From: Callorhinchus milii
Taxonomy: Eukaryota
DNA: 64,000 nt
Reading direction: 5' to 3'
NCBI RefSeq assembly: GCF_018977255.1
Contig: NW_024704742.1
Location: forward strand, 32,490,001-32,554,000
Shown here in pieces: positions 1 to 25,500 of this stretch. Every line of letters begins with the position of its first letter. The stretch's first letter is position 1. The notes beneath the pieces were generated by a model that searched no databases, was not told where the DNA came from, and saw nothing but the letters and a program-made list of their open reading frames with translations. A program made the translations under genes and the position numbers.

Positions 1-665
1 TGTAATGACTTATGTTTTGTGGGCAAGTGACATATAAGAACAAAATAATAATCCTTGCATTTGATATAGCATCTTATCATGTCGTTGAGACGTCTCAAAG
101 TGCTTCACAGAATATACTGTAAAGTGAATTGACTGTATTTTGTTGGTGAAACCCAGCAATATGTCATACTCTTAAATAAAGCCTTTAATTTTGAAGCCAG
201 TTTTATTTCAGTTTCTTTTAAGAACTACAGAAAACAAGCCGGAAAGTTAAAACCAACTCCACAATTTGCCAAATTCTACACACTCTGAAATCCTACATTA
301 ATAGAGTAAGTCTAGAGCCAGTGAAATTATCTACCCATATATTGTAAATCATAGTGTAGATGTTTATTATCATTTGGAATAAGTTCCTTCCTAATCTTGG
401 TGTGTTGACCCTATTTAGCTGCAAGTTTTTTTAAATTTATTTATTTAAAACAAATCATGCAGGTTTCACACAGGTTCTGAGTTGCGGGTCATAGAATCTA
501 ACACGGAAACTCAGACTCAAGTTCAGAAGAGGGAAGGTGAAGAGATGTGTCAGATTAAATTCACTTCTTAAACTAGGTGTGTGACTAAGGAAGGGGGATT
601 TACTCCATTTATGTTAGACCATTCAGAATTTGGCAAATTGTTGAATTCAGTCTTAAAATCTTTAA

Positions 666-983
666 ATAATAATAACAATACTCCTTGCATTTGATATAGC
701 GCTTTTCACGTATTCTAGACGTCTCAAAGTGCTTCACAGAATAGACTGTAAAGTGAATTGACTGTATATTTGAGGGCGAAATGTGGCAGCCAATTGCACA
801 CAGCAGTGTCCCACAAACAGTCGTGGTTTGAAGTGATCAATTTATTATTGTTTTCTTTTCTTGAGGGATTATTATCAGGCGTGTGGAGTAAGGAATCTTG
901 CCCAAGGTTTCGCCCTGCCGGGAATCGAACCCAGGTCTCGCGCTTGCGAAGCGAGTGCTCTAACCACTGAGCTACAGAACTCC
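666..983 (-). mobile_element. tRNA(Ala)-derived SINE, partial Deu-like core, L2-type tail (short subfamily)
   Basis: Head GGAGTTCTGTAGCTCAGTGGTTAGAGC..GGTTCGATTCCC (A/B boxes), core GGGACACTGCTGTGTGCAATTGGCTGCC, tail GCGCTATATCAAATGCAAGG..(ATT)n. Confidence 0.85.
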
Positions 984-1225
984 ACAAATCGTTTTTTTCT
1001 GTCGTGCTTAAAAAAATCTACAACAGCAAATTACATTTGTATAGCACCTTTCACGTCGGGAGGACGTCCCAAGGGGCAAAAAAACCTCTTGAAAATTAAG
1101 GCTGCATATAAGGATTTGACAAATTTTAGATGGTCTGAAATGCTACACAGAGTAAATCTAGACCCATATTAAATTTCTCCCAGATGATGCTTGATGTACT
1201 TTTATCTTTTGAACTTTGACAACAG

Positions 1226-12605
<11,380 letters not shown>

Positions 12606-13029
12606 TTTTTCCTCAAGGGCCATGAGCACAACTGTCTTGAGTGAGGATTAACAAGAGGCACAAATCAAACCGGATGAACCTCAGTTAGTTAGTGCTCTGG
12701 CAAACATCAACAAAACGCAGATTACGATCGAGTTTTACTGAACCCATCTAATTATAAAATCCACCAGTCACTTCACACATCACAAAACATCCTAAAACAT
12801 CGTAACAAGTGAAGACTGGAGCAGACATGCCCAGCTACAGTACGGATTCCCATGTGATTGCATTTTGGGGGATGGGGAGGAAAAATTGGCCTCGTAGTAC
12901 TTCACTTTCAGGGGGTGAAATTCCACCAGGGTTTAGATCTACTCTGTTAAGAACTACAAAAAATGGGCTTCAAAGTTCAGCCGGAATTAAATAATTTACT
13001 AAGTACTGGATGTGCTGCCCTTATGCCCT

Positions 13030-13340
13030 GGAGTCCTGTAGCTCTGTGGTTAGAGCACTCGCCTCGCCAACGAGTGACCTGGCTTCAGTTCCTGGCAGGG
13101 TGAAACCTTGGGCAAGTTTCCTTACTACACACGCCTGATAATAATCCCTCAAGAAAAAAAAACAATAATAAATTGGTCACTTCAATCTACGTCTGTTTTG
13201 GGACACTGCTGTGCGCAATTGGCTGCCGCGTTTCGCCCACAAATATACAGTCAATTCACTTTGCAGTATATTCTGTGAATCGCCTTGAGACGTCTAGAAG
13301 ACGTGAAAAGCGGAATATCAAATGCAAGGATTATTATTAT
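13030..13340 (+). mobile_element. tRNA-derived SINE (short subfamily)
   Basis: Same head/core/tail as 666-983. Confidence 0.85.
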
Positions 13341-16210
13341 AAATAGTGAATCTAATCCCTGGTGGAATTGCAACTGCCAGTGTCTTGCCAGTTAGGATTA
13401 ACCTTTGGCTAATGTGAATTTTAACTTGAGCCCCACCGCTTCCACAGTTAGGTCCCGAAAGATTCTAATTTTCTCTGTGGGGCAGATATTTAACCTACCC
13501 AGGCTTTGGCAACCTATAAATGATCACTAGGACAATGCACAGGAGCGGTGGACTGGCTTGGGTACCGATAAACTGTGTACTCTCCTAGCAGTAAAGTGCT
13601 TGGCTTCTTCCTTGTGCATTTCCTTGCTGGAACAGAATTCAGAATTTTCAATGTGGTGCACCAAAGAGCACAGAACCCAAACTCAGTACTGTACTTTCAT
13701 TGACATATCAATAACGCAATTACTGCAGAGTTTGAGTATAGAGAACAGTCCAGAAGAAATGAAATCAGCGGTCACCAAGCCTGTGATCAGTTTGACTTCA
13801 CAATCTAACAAGTCTCATTTGCTGCCAGCTTTGGCATAATTGGCTGAATTATTTATTGTGGCTGGAAACAGCTCATTGTGAAACTGACTTTTAGGATGCA
13901 TTAGGGTGAAGGAGTTTACCTTAATATATTGACAAATTTATTATTCATGAGGTGTACAATAATGTTTACAAAGCTTTTGGCATTCTTGGATACGGGTGGG
14001 GTAGGGTGGTGTGGGAATCACAATGGGGTAGAATATTCCCTGAATCTTCAGACTCGGTTTTGATAGAAGTAAAAATCTTCTATTTTTTTAAAGCTGTTTC
14101 CACCAGTGTGCCTTAGTACTGTACGTTAACTAATGCTGATTAAGCACAGCAGATACACAGTGAACTGGAGCAAGAGCACCAGGTCAGTTCACTGTGAATG
14201 CTGCCAAGTCTCTGGTTCCACCTTTGGGGGAAAGATATCCAAGACACTGTCGATTTGTGTATAAAATTTAAATGAGATTGAAAACAAAGATTTAAAGTTG
14301 TAATGGGCAATTTCAGGACAGACACCAGGAAGTCTTCTTTCCTAAAAGGATAATCAATGACTGGAAAAGGTTGTCAGGAAAGGTGGTAGAGGGCAGGACA
14401 CTAGACTCGTTTAAAAAACAGCTTGATGGCCAGTGTGGAACTGTGGCAGACAACCTGAAAGATCCCCATTCTGTGCTGAGTTAGCTCATCTCAGATGGAA
14501 TAGCAATGAGGCAGCTGCAATTGAACATAATCAATCATAATCAATCCCATCCAAGGCCAATCCCATTCTCACCTGAATCCTAAAATTCCACATGGTTTAA
14601 GCTTTAAGACTTAGCTTTAAGACAATTTAAAAATTCAGATTGTGCAGATTTTGGGCAAATTCTTATATGTAGTCTTAATTTGGAAGTCATTTTTTTCTGT
14701 AGTTCTTAAAAAGAACTGGGGAAAACTGGTTTCAAAATTTTCCACAGAACAGGGAATTTCAGAGCCTGATATCCCTCACAGTGATACTTTCTATTGGTCG
14801 TGACTGATTGTGATAGGCATTAATCATTTAACCTTCCCCCTCATTGAGTTTTACTGCAAGACCAGAGAGGCTTCCATATTAAGACTAAATTTAAAAATGC
14901 TTTGGCTGACTCTGCAGTTATCTGTCACTTTCCTGGTCTGCGTAACTTAAACAATGCTTTTACTCACTAGGCCATCAGGGCAGCCTTGGAGTCTTTTTAG
15001 ATTCTGCAGAAAGTAAAACCTATAAATAAGACAGTGGTGAGATTCAATACAATGTTAAAAAAGTAAATGGCAGCTACACTAAATTAAGTTTACAGTAAGT
15101 GCATGTGATCTTTGACTGTTTACAATTACTTATGTTTAATTTATTCACTCATTTGCTAGTTCAACACATTGCTAGTAATCGTATTGTGATGTCAATCATT
15201 ATTCATATTGCTCAGCCTTGTTTGTCTTTCAGATCCAAACTCAGCACATAAATCTAAATAAGGTTCTAAAATTATTTACTGACAAGATTTTTTTTTCTAG
15301 ATGTTACGATGGAATCCTCAATGCAGACCTCAAAAATAATGTTGATCATTGTTTTTTCTCATCTTGCACCTCACTGTGTCTGATGAGAATAGCCAGTTGT
15401 TAGTCTATGGAGAAATTAGTGCACAAAGGCAGCCACGTAACTGCAGAAAATCCATTATTGTCTTCACTAAATCCAAAGGTGGAGGAGTTCATAGGAATAG
15501 AGCATGAGCCAAACAATGTGTGTACTAAACTATTTACCTCTCTAGGAAATAAAGGTGATTTTATTTTTTAAATATTGTTGCCAAGAATAAGACAAAACAG
15601 CTTTTTAAGATATAAGTAGGAGTTGCTGGAGGCCTTTCTAGATTGCATTATCTACCTCTTATAAGGGGATAGGGGAGAAATTATGGCAGTAAGAAACAGA
15701 ACTGGACTGATGTAGCTTGACTCAGCCTTTTGAACTGATGCTCCCATCAATCGGTTATGAGGTTCGACCAACCTCATTTGAAGAAATGTACACAGCTCAC
15801 GTGGTCTCGCCATCCAGAATAAAGTAGATGACGCAAGGAGATCAAGTTTGAGAAGGAGAGAAAAGAGGAGGAATTGCAAACACGTTGTTCACAAATAGAT
15901 TGAGAAAAGCTAAAAATCAAGCCAATATTTATCTCTGAAACAAGTTCCCATAGGAAAACCCTTTGCTGTACAAGAAAGGTTGCCTTGTAGAATGTTATTG
16001 CATAGAACTGTTACATAGAACTGTTACATTACCAAATACTGATGCAACCTTTCGAATATTTCTTAGAATATTTCTTCATTCATTTCACTGTATTTGCAAT
16101 CTTTTTTAAAATGGTACGACACCCGTGTGTGTATACCAGCCACATTCATTTTGAATGGATACAGAATTCTCAATAGTTCTGAAGGTAATAATAATGGTTC
16201 TGTACATAAT

Positions 16211-16575
16211 GGAGTCCTGTAGTTTAGTGGTTAGTGTGCTCGCCTCGCAAGCGAGAGGACTCGGGTTTGATTCCCAGGCAGGAGGAAACATTAGTTGATC
16301 TTTAATTGGGTTTCTTACTCCACACGCCTTTGTTTACATTAGTAGGTAGGAACCGAGTTGTTAGTCGATTGGCAGATCGCTTTCCGGGGGTAATAATCCC
16401 TTTTTAAAAATGTCATTCAATCCACGATTGTTTGTGGGACATTGTTGTGCGCAGTTTGCTGCCGCATTTCATCTACAAAATATACAGTCAGTTCACTTTT
16501 CAGTATATTCTGTGAAGTGCTTTGACAAGTCTCAAAGACGTGATAAGGCACTATATTAAATGCAAAGATTATTAT
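16211..16575 (+). mobile_element. tRNA-derived SINE (long subfamily)
   Basis: Same head/tail plus extra internal segment TGTTTAC..TAGGAACC..GTTGTTAGTCGATTGGC. Confidence 0.82.
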
Positions 16576-18663
16576 CAGAATCCAGTGGTGGATTGAGTAA
16601 TAGAATTATTTTTTAAGCGATTATTACTGCCGGAAAAGCGATGTCCCTGAAGTCCCAGTTGATTACTCACAAATTTGTTGAATATGACATTGGTATTCTT
16701 TGTGAGATTGTCAGTGTAATTGTCTCAATGTAACACAATGTCATTTTCATACCACCAGGTTGTAATAGCAGAACTAAATCTAGAATTGTTAAATGATAAT
16801 GAGATGAAGATGTGAATTTACTGGTGATTTAGTGCACTGAACAAAACCCTTTTTGAAGGGTTTGGATGTTATTCTCCTGTTTAGTGCAAATTCCATTTTT
16901 ATCATAACAAAGAAACCTTCCAAGTAATCTCAATTATCCAGAATTTCTGGTAAATTTCTTTTTCTGTCAACTCCCCCAGAGATGTAGTACGCATTTCAGG
17001 CAAAACGGTTTAAAACTGACACATAAGTAATGAGTAATGTTGATCTTTAATTGGGTTTCTGCATTCGCGATGCAAATATTTCAACATAATTAACTTGTTT
17101 TTCTCACATCTCATGTCAGTTTGAAAAACTTTTTAAATGCTTCATCATCACCTGTGAATTTAATAAAAGTTTGGGTCAGAAACGACTACCTTTTTTCTGA
17201 TTTACACTTCCTTTTTGATCTCTACATTTTTGTTGCATTTCTGTTGGCTTAAATAAAATGGTTGTAAATTGCGGGTTGGGAATGGGCTGACCGTGATCAA
17301 GTCATATAAGTGCCCTTAATTATTGGTGATACTGTAAGACTTTGATTTTTTTAATCACATGTTAAGGATATTATATGCTTTTGATCATGGTTAGACAATT
17401 CAACACCCACATTTTAGATACAAACAACATTTTTAAATGAGATGTGGAGTGAAATTTGAAAATTGGAAACAATTCATAAGCAACTGAAATGTTAAACATT
17501 TTATTGGACACAAGTACCTTCCAATATGCAGTTAATTCTAGACGGTTTTGTGTACCATAAAAAGACAAGTACCCTGTATCTTATCTCCTGCCTACGGCTT
17601 TCACAACCTCAAGAGGGTGAGTCCACACACTGGTGCACAGCAAAATTTGTGACCAAATGGAATCAAGATCAAAGCACGCCTTCACTGAACGAAATAAAGT
17701 GTTTTGGACAGAGTCCAGAGCTCAAAAGCATCTCCGAGTTTATTCCGATAGGAGGAACAAGCACCTTGAAGTAAAAGTTCATACAGCATCACCAGGCATG
17801 AAATGAGACCCTGTGGAGCTGTGCCCCTCAATTCGTCCATTGATGTCGTAATCAAGATGGTGTAACATTAAACTACATACGAAACTCTGTAAGCTGGTCT
17901 TGGATAAATTAAGATTATTGCACTTCACAATGTTGTTCAGAGCTTTCCAAATAAGCTATTGAGGTAATTTGCTCAATTTCCTGTCTTTTAAAAAAGAAAG
18001 GGGCAAGAGCGGGTTTATAGATTACATTGTTGCTCTGGGAGAAATTTAGACTTTAAAATGTATTATTATTGTACTCTCCTTAAAAAGTGCATCATTTTTT
18101 TAAATGAACCATTTTCAGCAGAGGAGAGGGTAGCTCACAAAGAGCTCAGTGCTGTGCACTGCAAAAAACAAAAGAATAGGCATAACAAGCTGTCCTTCAA
18201 ACTTGGTAGGAGACAAGATTCACAAAAACGTCGGAACAAAATAAAGTAAAGCAAGAGAATGTTTTTGTCCAATTCAAAAATCTTGTGGCTTATAGTCCTA
18301 GCTCAAATGTGTCTTCCAGCCAACTTTTAACAGTGATATAACGTGCTGAATGAAATTAGTCCAAAAAAAATCATTTTTTTCCTTGAGGTTTTGGTACTGA
18401 AAAAGATTCCTGCATAATTTGGGGGGAGGGATGTATTTTACGTTTTCTTAAGGGAATAGACTACAACAGCAACAAGGTGGTGTGCACGACAAACCCGAGT
18501 TGAGGACTACCTGGAGAAGCTTGACTGAAAGCTCGGACGCCAGAATCGGGAAGCTTTGCTGTTCCTGGACAACATGCCTGAATTTGTTTCAATGAGTGTA
18601 AATAAATGATTGTATTTTTAAAAACTGATTTGAAAATTGCTTTTGAAAACATCCACTTGGCTG

Positions 18664-19595
18664 CATCGTTTCATCCTTGGCCCTCTTCTTTTCCTTATCT
18701 ATAAGTTCCCTCTGGGTGATGTCATTCGCAGACACAGGGTAAATTTCCACATGTACGTGAATGACACACAAATCTACTTTGCCTCCTCCACCATCGACTC
18801 CAGGTCCACCGATGTTCTATCAGCTTGTCTGGCAGACATCAGGGCCTGAATGAGTGTAAACTTTCTGCAGCTGAAGGTGGACAAGACGGAAGCCATACAC
18901 CTTGGGTCCCATTAATGTCTTCATTCCTGCGGATCTGAACTTCTCAACCGTCCTGGGCTCTCCCTCAGACTCACCGGCCAGACCATAACCTTGGCATCTG
19001 GTTTGACCCCGAGTTGTCCTTCCTCCCTCACATCCAATTCCTGATCAGGACCGCCTTCTTCCAACTCCACCACATTGCCCACCTCCGATTGTACCTTACC
19101 CCAAATGCAGCTGAAACCCTCGTGCATGCGTTTGTCACCTCCCGTGCTTGGATTACTCCAACGAACTCTTCGCCGGTCACCTCCAGTTCCACCATTCACA
19201 AGATCCAGCTCATTCAGAACTCTGCTGCCCACATACTGACCTGGACCAAACTCCGTACCCACATCTCACCAGTTCTGCCCAGGCTCCATCACCGAATGGA
19301 TCGACTTCCAAGATCCTCACACACGTGTTCAAATCCCTTCACTCTCTGCCACCTCCCTAACTCTCCGACCTCCTCACTCCCCAATCCATCACCCAGCTCT
19401 TCCACTCGACTGGCTCCACCTCACCATCGGAGGTCGCGCTTTCAGCCACTATACCTTGAGACTCTGGAACACTATCCCTCCGCCTTGCCCCCTCTCTCCC
19501 CTTTTTCAAGTCTCTCCTGAAAACCTTTCCCAGCTCGGAGTCAGACTCCGCCAATGTTAAGCACTCTGAGATGCTATCCTGAGTCGAAGTTGTAA
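18664..19595 (+). mobile_element. L2-clade LINE 3' fragment (degenerate RT)
   Basis: [10 protein letters not shown]...[32 protein letters not shown]; frameshifted. Confidence 0.85.
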
Positions 19596-20325
19596 TTTGA
19601 GGAATCAAAGAGAAAAAAAATCCCACAATGGCAATTTTAAAAGAAGAAATGCATCAAATACAAGATTTCTGCTTCTTCCTGTGTATTATTTCTCAGGTAG
19701 CAAAAAACATTTTGATGCCTAGTAACATGAGAAAATGACCACTTCTAATTAAAAATTCTGAAGCTTTTTTTTAAAAACACAGATTAATATACTGAGCTGA
19801 TGTGTGCTAACTTTCACTCTACCTCATGTTTTTTCACTAACAAAGCAACGTAACTAAACTTTGTTAAGGTAATAAAAGACGGTGTTGCAGATTTTACTTG
19901 TAATTTATGTATTTAAGGGTATTAGTGCCATAGAAAAAAAGATGAAAAATATCTAGTACCAAGCAATAATAAACTGGCAGATCAAATTTGTACTGAATGG
20001 CCTCATCCTGTTCCCATGTTTTTTCTTACCTGTTCCTTTTATCCTCATAATATTCCTCATACATTTTTCACTCTAAATCAGGATAAATATCTATTTTCTA
20101 ACAAATCACTATAAGACCTTGTGAACTTATCAATTCTATTTTGTTTTTGCATTTCCCATCCTCCGGATTCCACAGATTCACATTACTGTGACCAGTTAAC
20201 TTGATGAAATATACCTTTAATCTTAGCATGTAGGTTGTAATACAGGAATAGCAGGTTTAGGCATTAACTGACATGAACTTTAAATGGAATGCAACACACT
20301 GACAATAATATCCTTGCATCTGATA

Positions 20326-20552
20326 TAATAATAATCCTTGCATTTGATATAGCGCTTTTCACGTCCTTTTCACGGAGGACGTCCCAAAGCGCTTCACAGA
20401 ACACACTGTAAAGTGAATCGACTGTATATCTGGGCGAACGCGGCAGCCAATTGCGCACAGCAATGTCCCACAAACAGTCGTAGATTGAAAATGACCAATT
20501 TATTACTGTTTTGTTTTTTGGGAGGGATTATCATTAGGCGCGTGGAGTAAGG
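20326..20552 (-). mobile_element. 5'-truncated SINE
   Basis: Core and tail without tRNA head. Confidence 0.8.
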
Positions 20553-21767
20553 ATATGTCTTCGGGACCTCTCAAAATGCTTTACAGAGTATATCACAGCA
20601 GCTCAAGATCAGCATTCTTGACTGATTCTAAGGAGCTCATTTGACTTGAAGGGAAATTACATTAAATGGAGTCATACTAAGATTCCACATTTGATCCCAG
20701 ATCTGGATCGAGTTTGCGATCACAGCCGAGGCTGCAGTGAAAGTACTGCAATCCGAGCTAATGAGAGGAAAGGTGACACTTGGGAGGAGGGGTAGTGGGA
20801 GAAAAAGAGGAAATCAAAGCCAGGAGTCCTGCTCTGAACATATATATTTTATATATATATATACGCGCACACATCTGTTTGCATTTGGACACTGGGGGAG
20901 GGGAGAATCAAGTGCAATTTCCTTGATTGTCAAATAGACGCACACATTATGAATCCCCAATTAGATGAGGCATCAGAAAGCTGTGGATGCTCATGGAAAC
21001 GGTGTCCTGGTACAGCCATCCCCTATAGAAAACCAGAGAAGAGTGAGTAGGTGGGGGGGGGGGGGGGGGGGGTGGAGGAGGGGGAGAACAACCTCTAAAA
21101 TAAAAAAGGAACAAGTGGCGAGAGAGTCCATTTTGAAAGGAATCATTATTCAGAACAGTACCATGTAATAAGTGGGCAGGAGTAAGAGTACAAATAAGGT
21201 ATTTAAGGAGGAAAAACAGGTTATAAAAACAAAACAAACTCAATCCATAAACAGCCTGACTGGAACTAAAGTTAGTGTAATTCTATTTGTACCCAAGAGC
21301 AGAGATACCCTAGATCAGCTCAGTTTAAAATCAACGGCTTTGGGAGCCACAAGAAATTTTAGTTATTGACTAAAAGACAAAATGCATTCTAAATTGTAGC
21401 TTCTCCCAAGGTCGATCATGATACTGTGCAGTGACTGCTTAGGTTCAGCACATTTATAAAATAATCCTTCAAAGGTTAACAGTTACTCTAGTTACTCATC
21501 TTTCTACATTCAGCCAAACTGGAGTGTGACAAATCAGACAAAAAATAGATTACAACCCAAAATTCAGACATCCGAGGCCTTTCAAAAAAATCTGAAAAGT
21601 GAATATATTTAATCACAATTTCTTCAATAAAATGTAAAACACAGAAGTCAATTCTTACGTACTACAAGGATTCCAAAGGAAATACATAAAACTTGTTTTT
21701 TTTTAAAGTGGAGATTTTCAATGAGAATTTGGCAGGGTTGGGAGGAAAACACCAGTTTAATTTAACT

Positions 21768-21773
21768 TTTATT
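21768..21773 (-). terminator. Candidate polyadenylation signal of ADPGK-like gene
   Basis: AATAAA on minus strand about 105 nt after the stop. Confidence 0.4.
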
Positions 21774-21877
21774 TCTACAATTTAGATAGTAATGCTTCCA
21801 AACAATTTGAAGGGTTAAAAAGAGAGCAACTATTTAGCCCCTCCCTCCACCACCACCACATGTGAGTAGAGAAATCA

Positions 21878-22545
21878 TCAGATTTGAAGAACGAGACTGG
21901 CTGCAGAAATGTTATCGCCTCCACCCACGGTCTGGTAAACCTCAGTACACACCAGCACCGGGGCCACGCAGATCTCATAGTCATTCTCCTCCCAGCACGA
22001 AACGGGTCGGTTCTCCTGCAGTGGAATTTTCTTACTCCCCAACTCCCTGCTCACAGAAAAAGAATCATCCATGATCAGCTTGGCTTTGCTGGTGTCAATG
22101 TGTGGAGAGCCACACACGTGGCGGTTTGCAGTAAGGGAAGCCTTGGCAGTCGCTGACATAGTGTTCTTCCAAGCAGACCCTTTGGCAACAATGATGGCTT
22201 GGAATGCAAGAGTGTGGACGTGGAGCCGAGTCAGCTTGCGCTGACCAAAAGTTACTTCCTGAGAGTTCAAGATGTGATAGAGCTCACGCATTTGGTCAAG
22301 TACACATGCCACCCTTGGGTATGGATCTGACAGCAGAGTGATGTTACCCCCCTTTACCATGCTGAGAAGATTGGGGAGTTCCTGTTCATTCATTCCCAGA
22401 GAGTCGGCATAAGGAACAATGTAAGTAAAGAGGCTCTTCAGAAGGTCCTCATTGACAAATGATGCCATTTCAAAGTGGATTCCAGTTGTTCTGTCGACAG
22501 AGAGCATGAGGCTCTGGAGCGCTTTTAGCCTCTCTTCAGATTGAC
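21878..22545 (-). CDS. ADPGK: ADPGK-like exon 6 (terminal)
   Basis: gtcag|GQSEERL...IHFEMAS...SLGMNEQEL...TVGGGDNISAASLVLQI*. Confidence 0.94.
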
Positions 22546-25500
22546 CTGACACCAAAAGAATTCAAGACAATCAGGTGAAAAAATATAGTAAATTGTTCTG
22601 GGATCAAATGCAGTTTAGTTTAGCTAAATGCTAAGGCCACACTGTTCAAACTCCAAAATATGCTGATCATGCTGAAGTACTACATGTAGTTCTGGATTGC
22701 GCGTTTTGTGGGTGAATATAGCAGCTAACTTGTACGGAGCAATGCCCCGCAAATAGCAATGAAGGTTCATTTACATCTACGCACTATATTGCTGTGTGGT
22801 ATTTAAGATCCCTTAACACATGCTGAAAGATGCAATTTGTGCAAGCTGTTTTCTTTCCACATGCAATCAAATGCTAAAGATGTCACCAGTCAAGGATTAG
22901 GATAATTAAAAGTGGGGCTCTATTGCCTCAGTTAGTCATTAGACAGTCTTCACCACATCTCCCTTTCCAAGCATTTAGGCACCTTACAATGTTTCACATA
23001 GTTTCATAGAAGTTGTCAACACAAGTCAGACTCAAATAACCAATACAGACAGTAAATTATAGGCACTTTGCTTTTTTTGAACAAGGTGGCACTTTGGTTC
23101 TCTGCATTTTCCAGCCCAACAGCGCAGTTGGTCCCACCAAAATCACTCACTCCTGTCACGGTCTGGTACTTTGAAAAAAGCGTTAAACACAGCCCACCAA
23201 CAACCAACATCACAAGGAAGTGAAGAAAGCACAAAATATTGCAGATGCTGGAAATCTGAAATCAAAAACATAAGTCGCTGGGAACAAACACTCAGCAGGT
23301 CAGGCAGCATCTATGGACAAAGGAAAGTGAGTCAACGTTTCGGTCCCATGACCCTTCGTCAGAACTTCGTCAGAACCTTGTCCAGTTCTGATAAAGGATC
23401 GTGGACCCGAAACATTGACTCCATAGATGCTGCCTGACCCGCTGAGTGTTCCCAACGACTTATGTTTTTGTTTACAAGAAAGTGAATCCAGTATTACAAA
23501 CTACTCGGTTGGATTTTCTACAAGTAGGACTCAAGTCAGCATCTATTGAACGCAGGCCTGTTCTGGAATGGCATGTACAATGTAGGCAGACTTCCTATCT
23601 TGTGATGGTACCGTTCCACTTAGACATACAAAAAGCTTAGATCATCCACTCAAACACTCTTCCCATGTACATTCCCTGTGCAGCACAGTAGCAGCCAGCA
23701 TATTTCTAGGCTCCAGAACTCTACTTTTAAGTTTTTCTCCTTCCGTCCAGATATGCAGAGAGCTGCAAATGCCATCTGCAAGAACTAAGTATAGGGGAAA
23801 AGTTACAGGAAAATCTATATTTCAGCAATCTACTGAGATCGAACTCTGAACCAATATGCAACTTGTTAACATTTAGTGTGAAAATACTACAGTGCTGGGA
23901 GCCATTCACTTCTCTTGTTTGGAACTAAAACAAATCCTTGACAGGGACAATAAAAATAATGTGGAATTTTGAAAACCTAAGTATCGTTTAAAACCCAGTG
24001 TAAAGCCACCACGTGCAAATGAATTCATGCACTCCTTACTTTAAAATGAACTGGACAGGTTTAGTAGTACAATCTGATCTTGCAATTTCACCACATGTTC
24101 AGTAAGTACAGTCTCAGTCTGTAATTATCACAATTGCATCTTCAGAAACCATAACAATAAATTGTTTGAAGATTTACTCTCCGGGGTTAAATATACATGT
24201 AAAAATGAACAGGTTGCAATCACAATAACAATTTACATCTACACAGCACCTTTCAAATAGGAGAACATCTCAAAACACTTTGCAAAGACTGAGAGGAAAC
24301 CTGAGCTTGGAATGACGCAGAGGCAAAAGGCGTAGTCAAAAAGATGAATTTTGAAAAGGCAGGGGGAAGAAACAAGGCGGAGGAATTTCACTTCCCTAGA
24401 GGAAGAGGTGAGAGAAAGATAATGACTCAGAACACCACTGTTGGGGCCCAGGTGGAAATCCTGAAAAGTAAATGCTATTGTCATAAGAAAAGGATCCAAT
24501 GATAGATGTTCCTTGTATGGACTTTCTTTCTGCATAAGACAGTTACAACACACTGCTAAATAATAATAATCCTTGCATTTGATATAGCACTTTTCACGTC
24601 GGGAGGACGTCCCAAAGCGCTTCACAGAACACACTGTAAAGTGAATTGATTGTATATTTGTGGGCGAACGCGGCAGCCAATTGGCAACAGCAATGTCCCA
24701 CAAACAGTCATAGATTGAAAATGACCAATTTATTATTGTTTTTGGTTTTGGAGGGATTATTATTAGGCGTGTGGAGTAAGGAAACTTGCCCAAGGTTTCG
24801 CCCTGCCTGGAATTGAACTCAGGTCTCTCGCTTGCAAAGCGAATGCTCTAACCACTGAGCTACAGGACTCCGTATCTAAAGTATCAATATTGTTGTTTTT
24901 TTCCAAAATACATTGTTTCTCCCAGCCTTCTCCAACCAATGCTGTGGTTGAGAGCTATACCCTGCTTACATTGCTCTAGCGCAGCATGTAAAAGCTTGAC
25001 TTGGGTTCTCCAACCCAAGACAGCAGCCTATGAGAGCTCTGCCAAGATCAGAAAAATCAGACTCTGAATCCACAGCCATGGTTTCTCCCCATTTACTACC
25101 AAACACAAGGATTTCCTCATTCTTTGTATGAAGTTCAATTTCCATGGACTAATAAACATCCAATATGAGAGGAAGTCAATTTAGAAAACTATGTTCCCAC
25201 GCCTTTAAGGGATTCACAATATCCCCAGACCATTTTGGCCAGATACTCTTCCCTAACCCAAAAGCCAGAGGACAAATTGATTCTTGATAAGTACTGTGAT
25301 CATATAGATAATTGTGAGATCATTTAGTCTTAAATTAAGATTAAGACTTGAACACAGAGCTGTATTTTGCACTCACCTTGTTTAAAGGGAAAATTGTCCA
25401 TCATCTGAAGGCCACTAACTACTAGAAGCGCTGGGTTAAATTCAAGGAGCTGTGCCTCAAAGTCCTCCAGTGATTCTAACATAGGGTTGGAGGAGTCACT

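Noticed and set aside
910..983. tRNA-Ala-like sequences (also 13030, 16211, 24800, 26094, 31006, 40699, 41150)
   Set aside because: They are SINE heads: each continues into the same core and L2-type tail, with no proper acceptor-stem end or poly-T terminator.
12606..21877. Missing NPNT exons 6+ or another gene between MTR and ADPGK
   Set aside because: No EGF, RGD or MAM-like exons or other recognisable coding sequence seen; only repeats and UTR-like sequence. TBLASTN with full NPNT would confirm.
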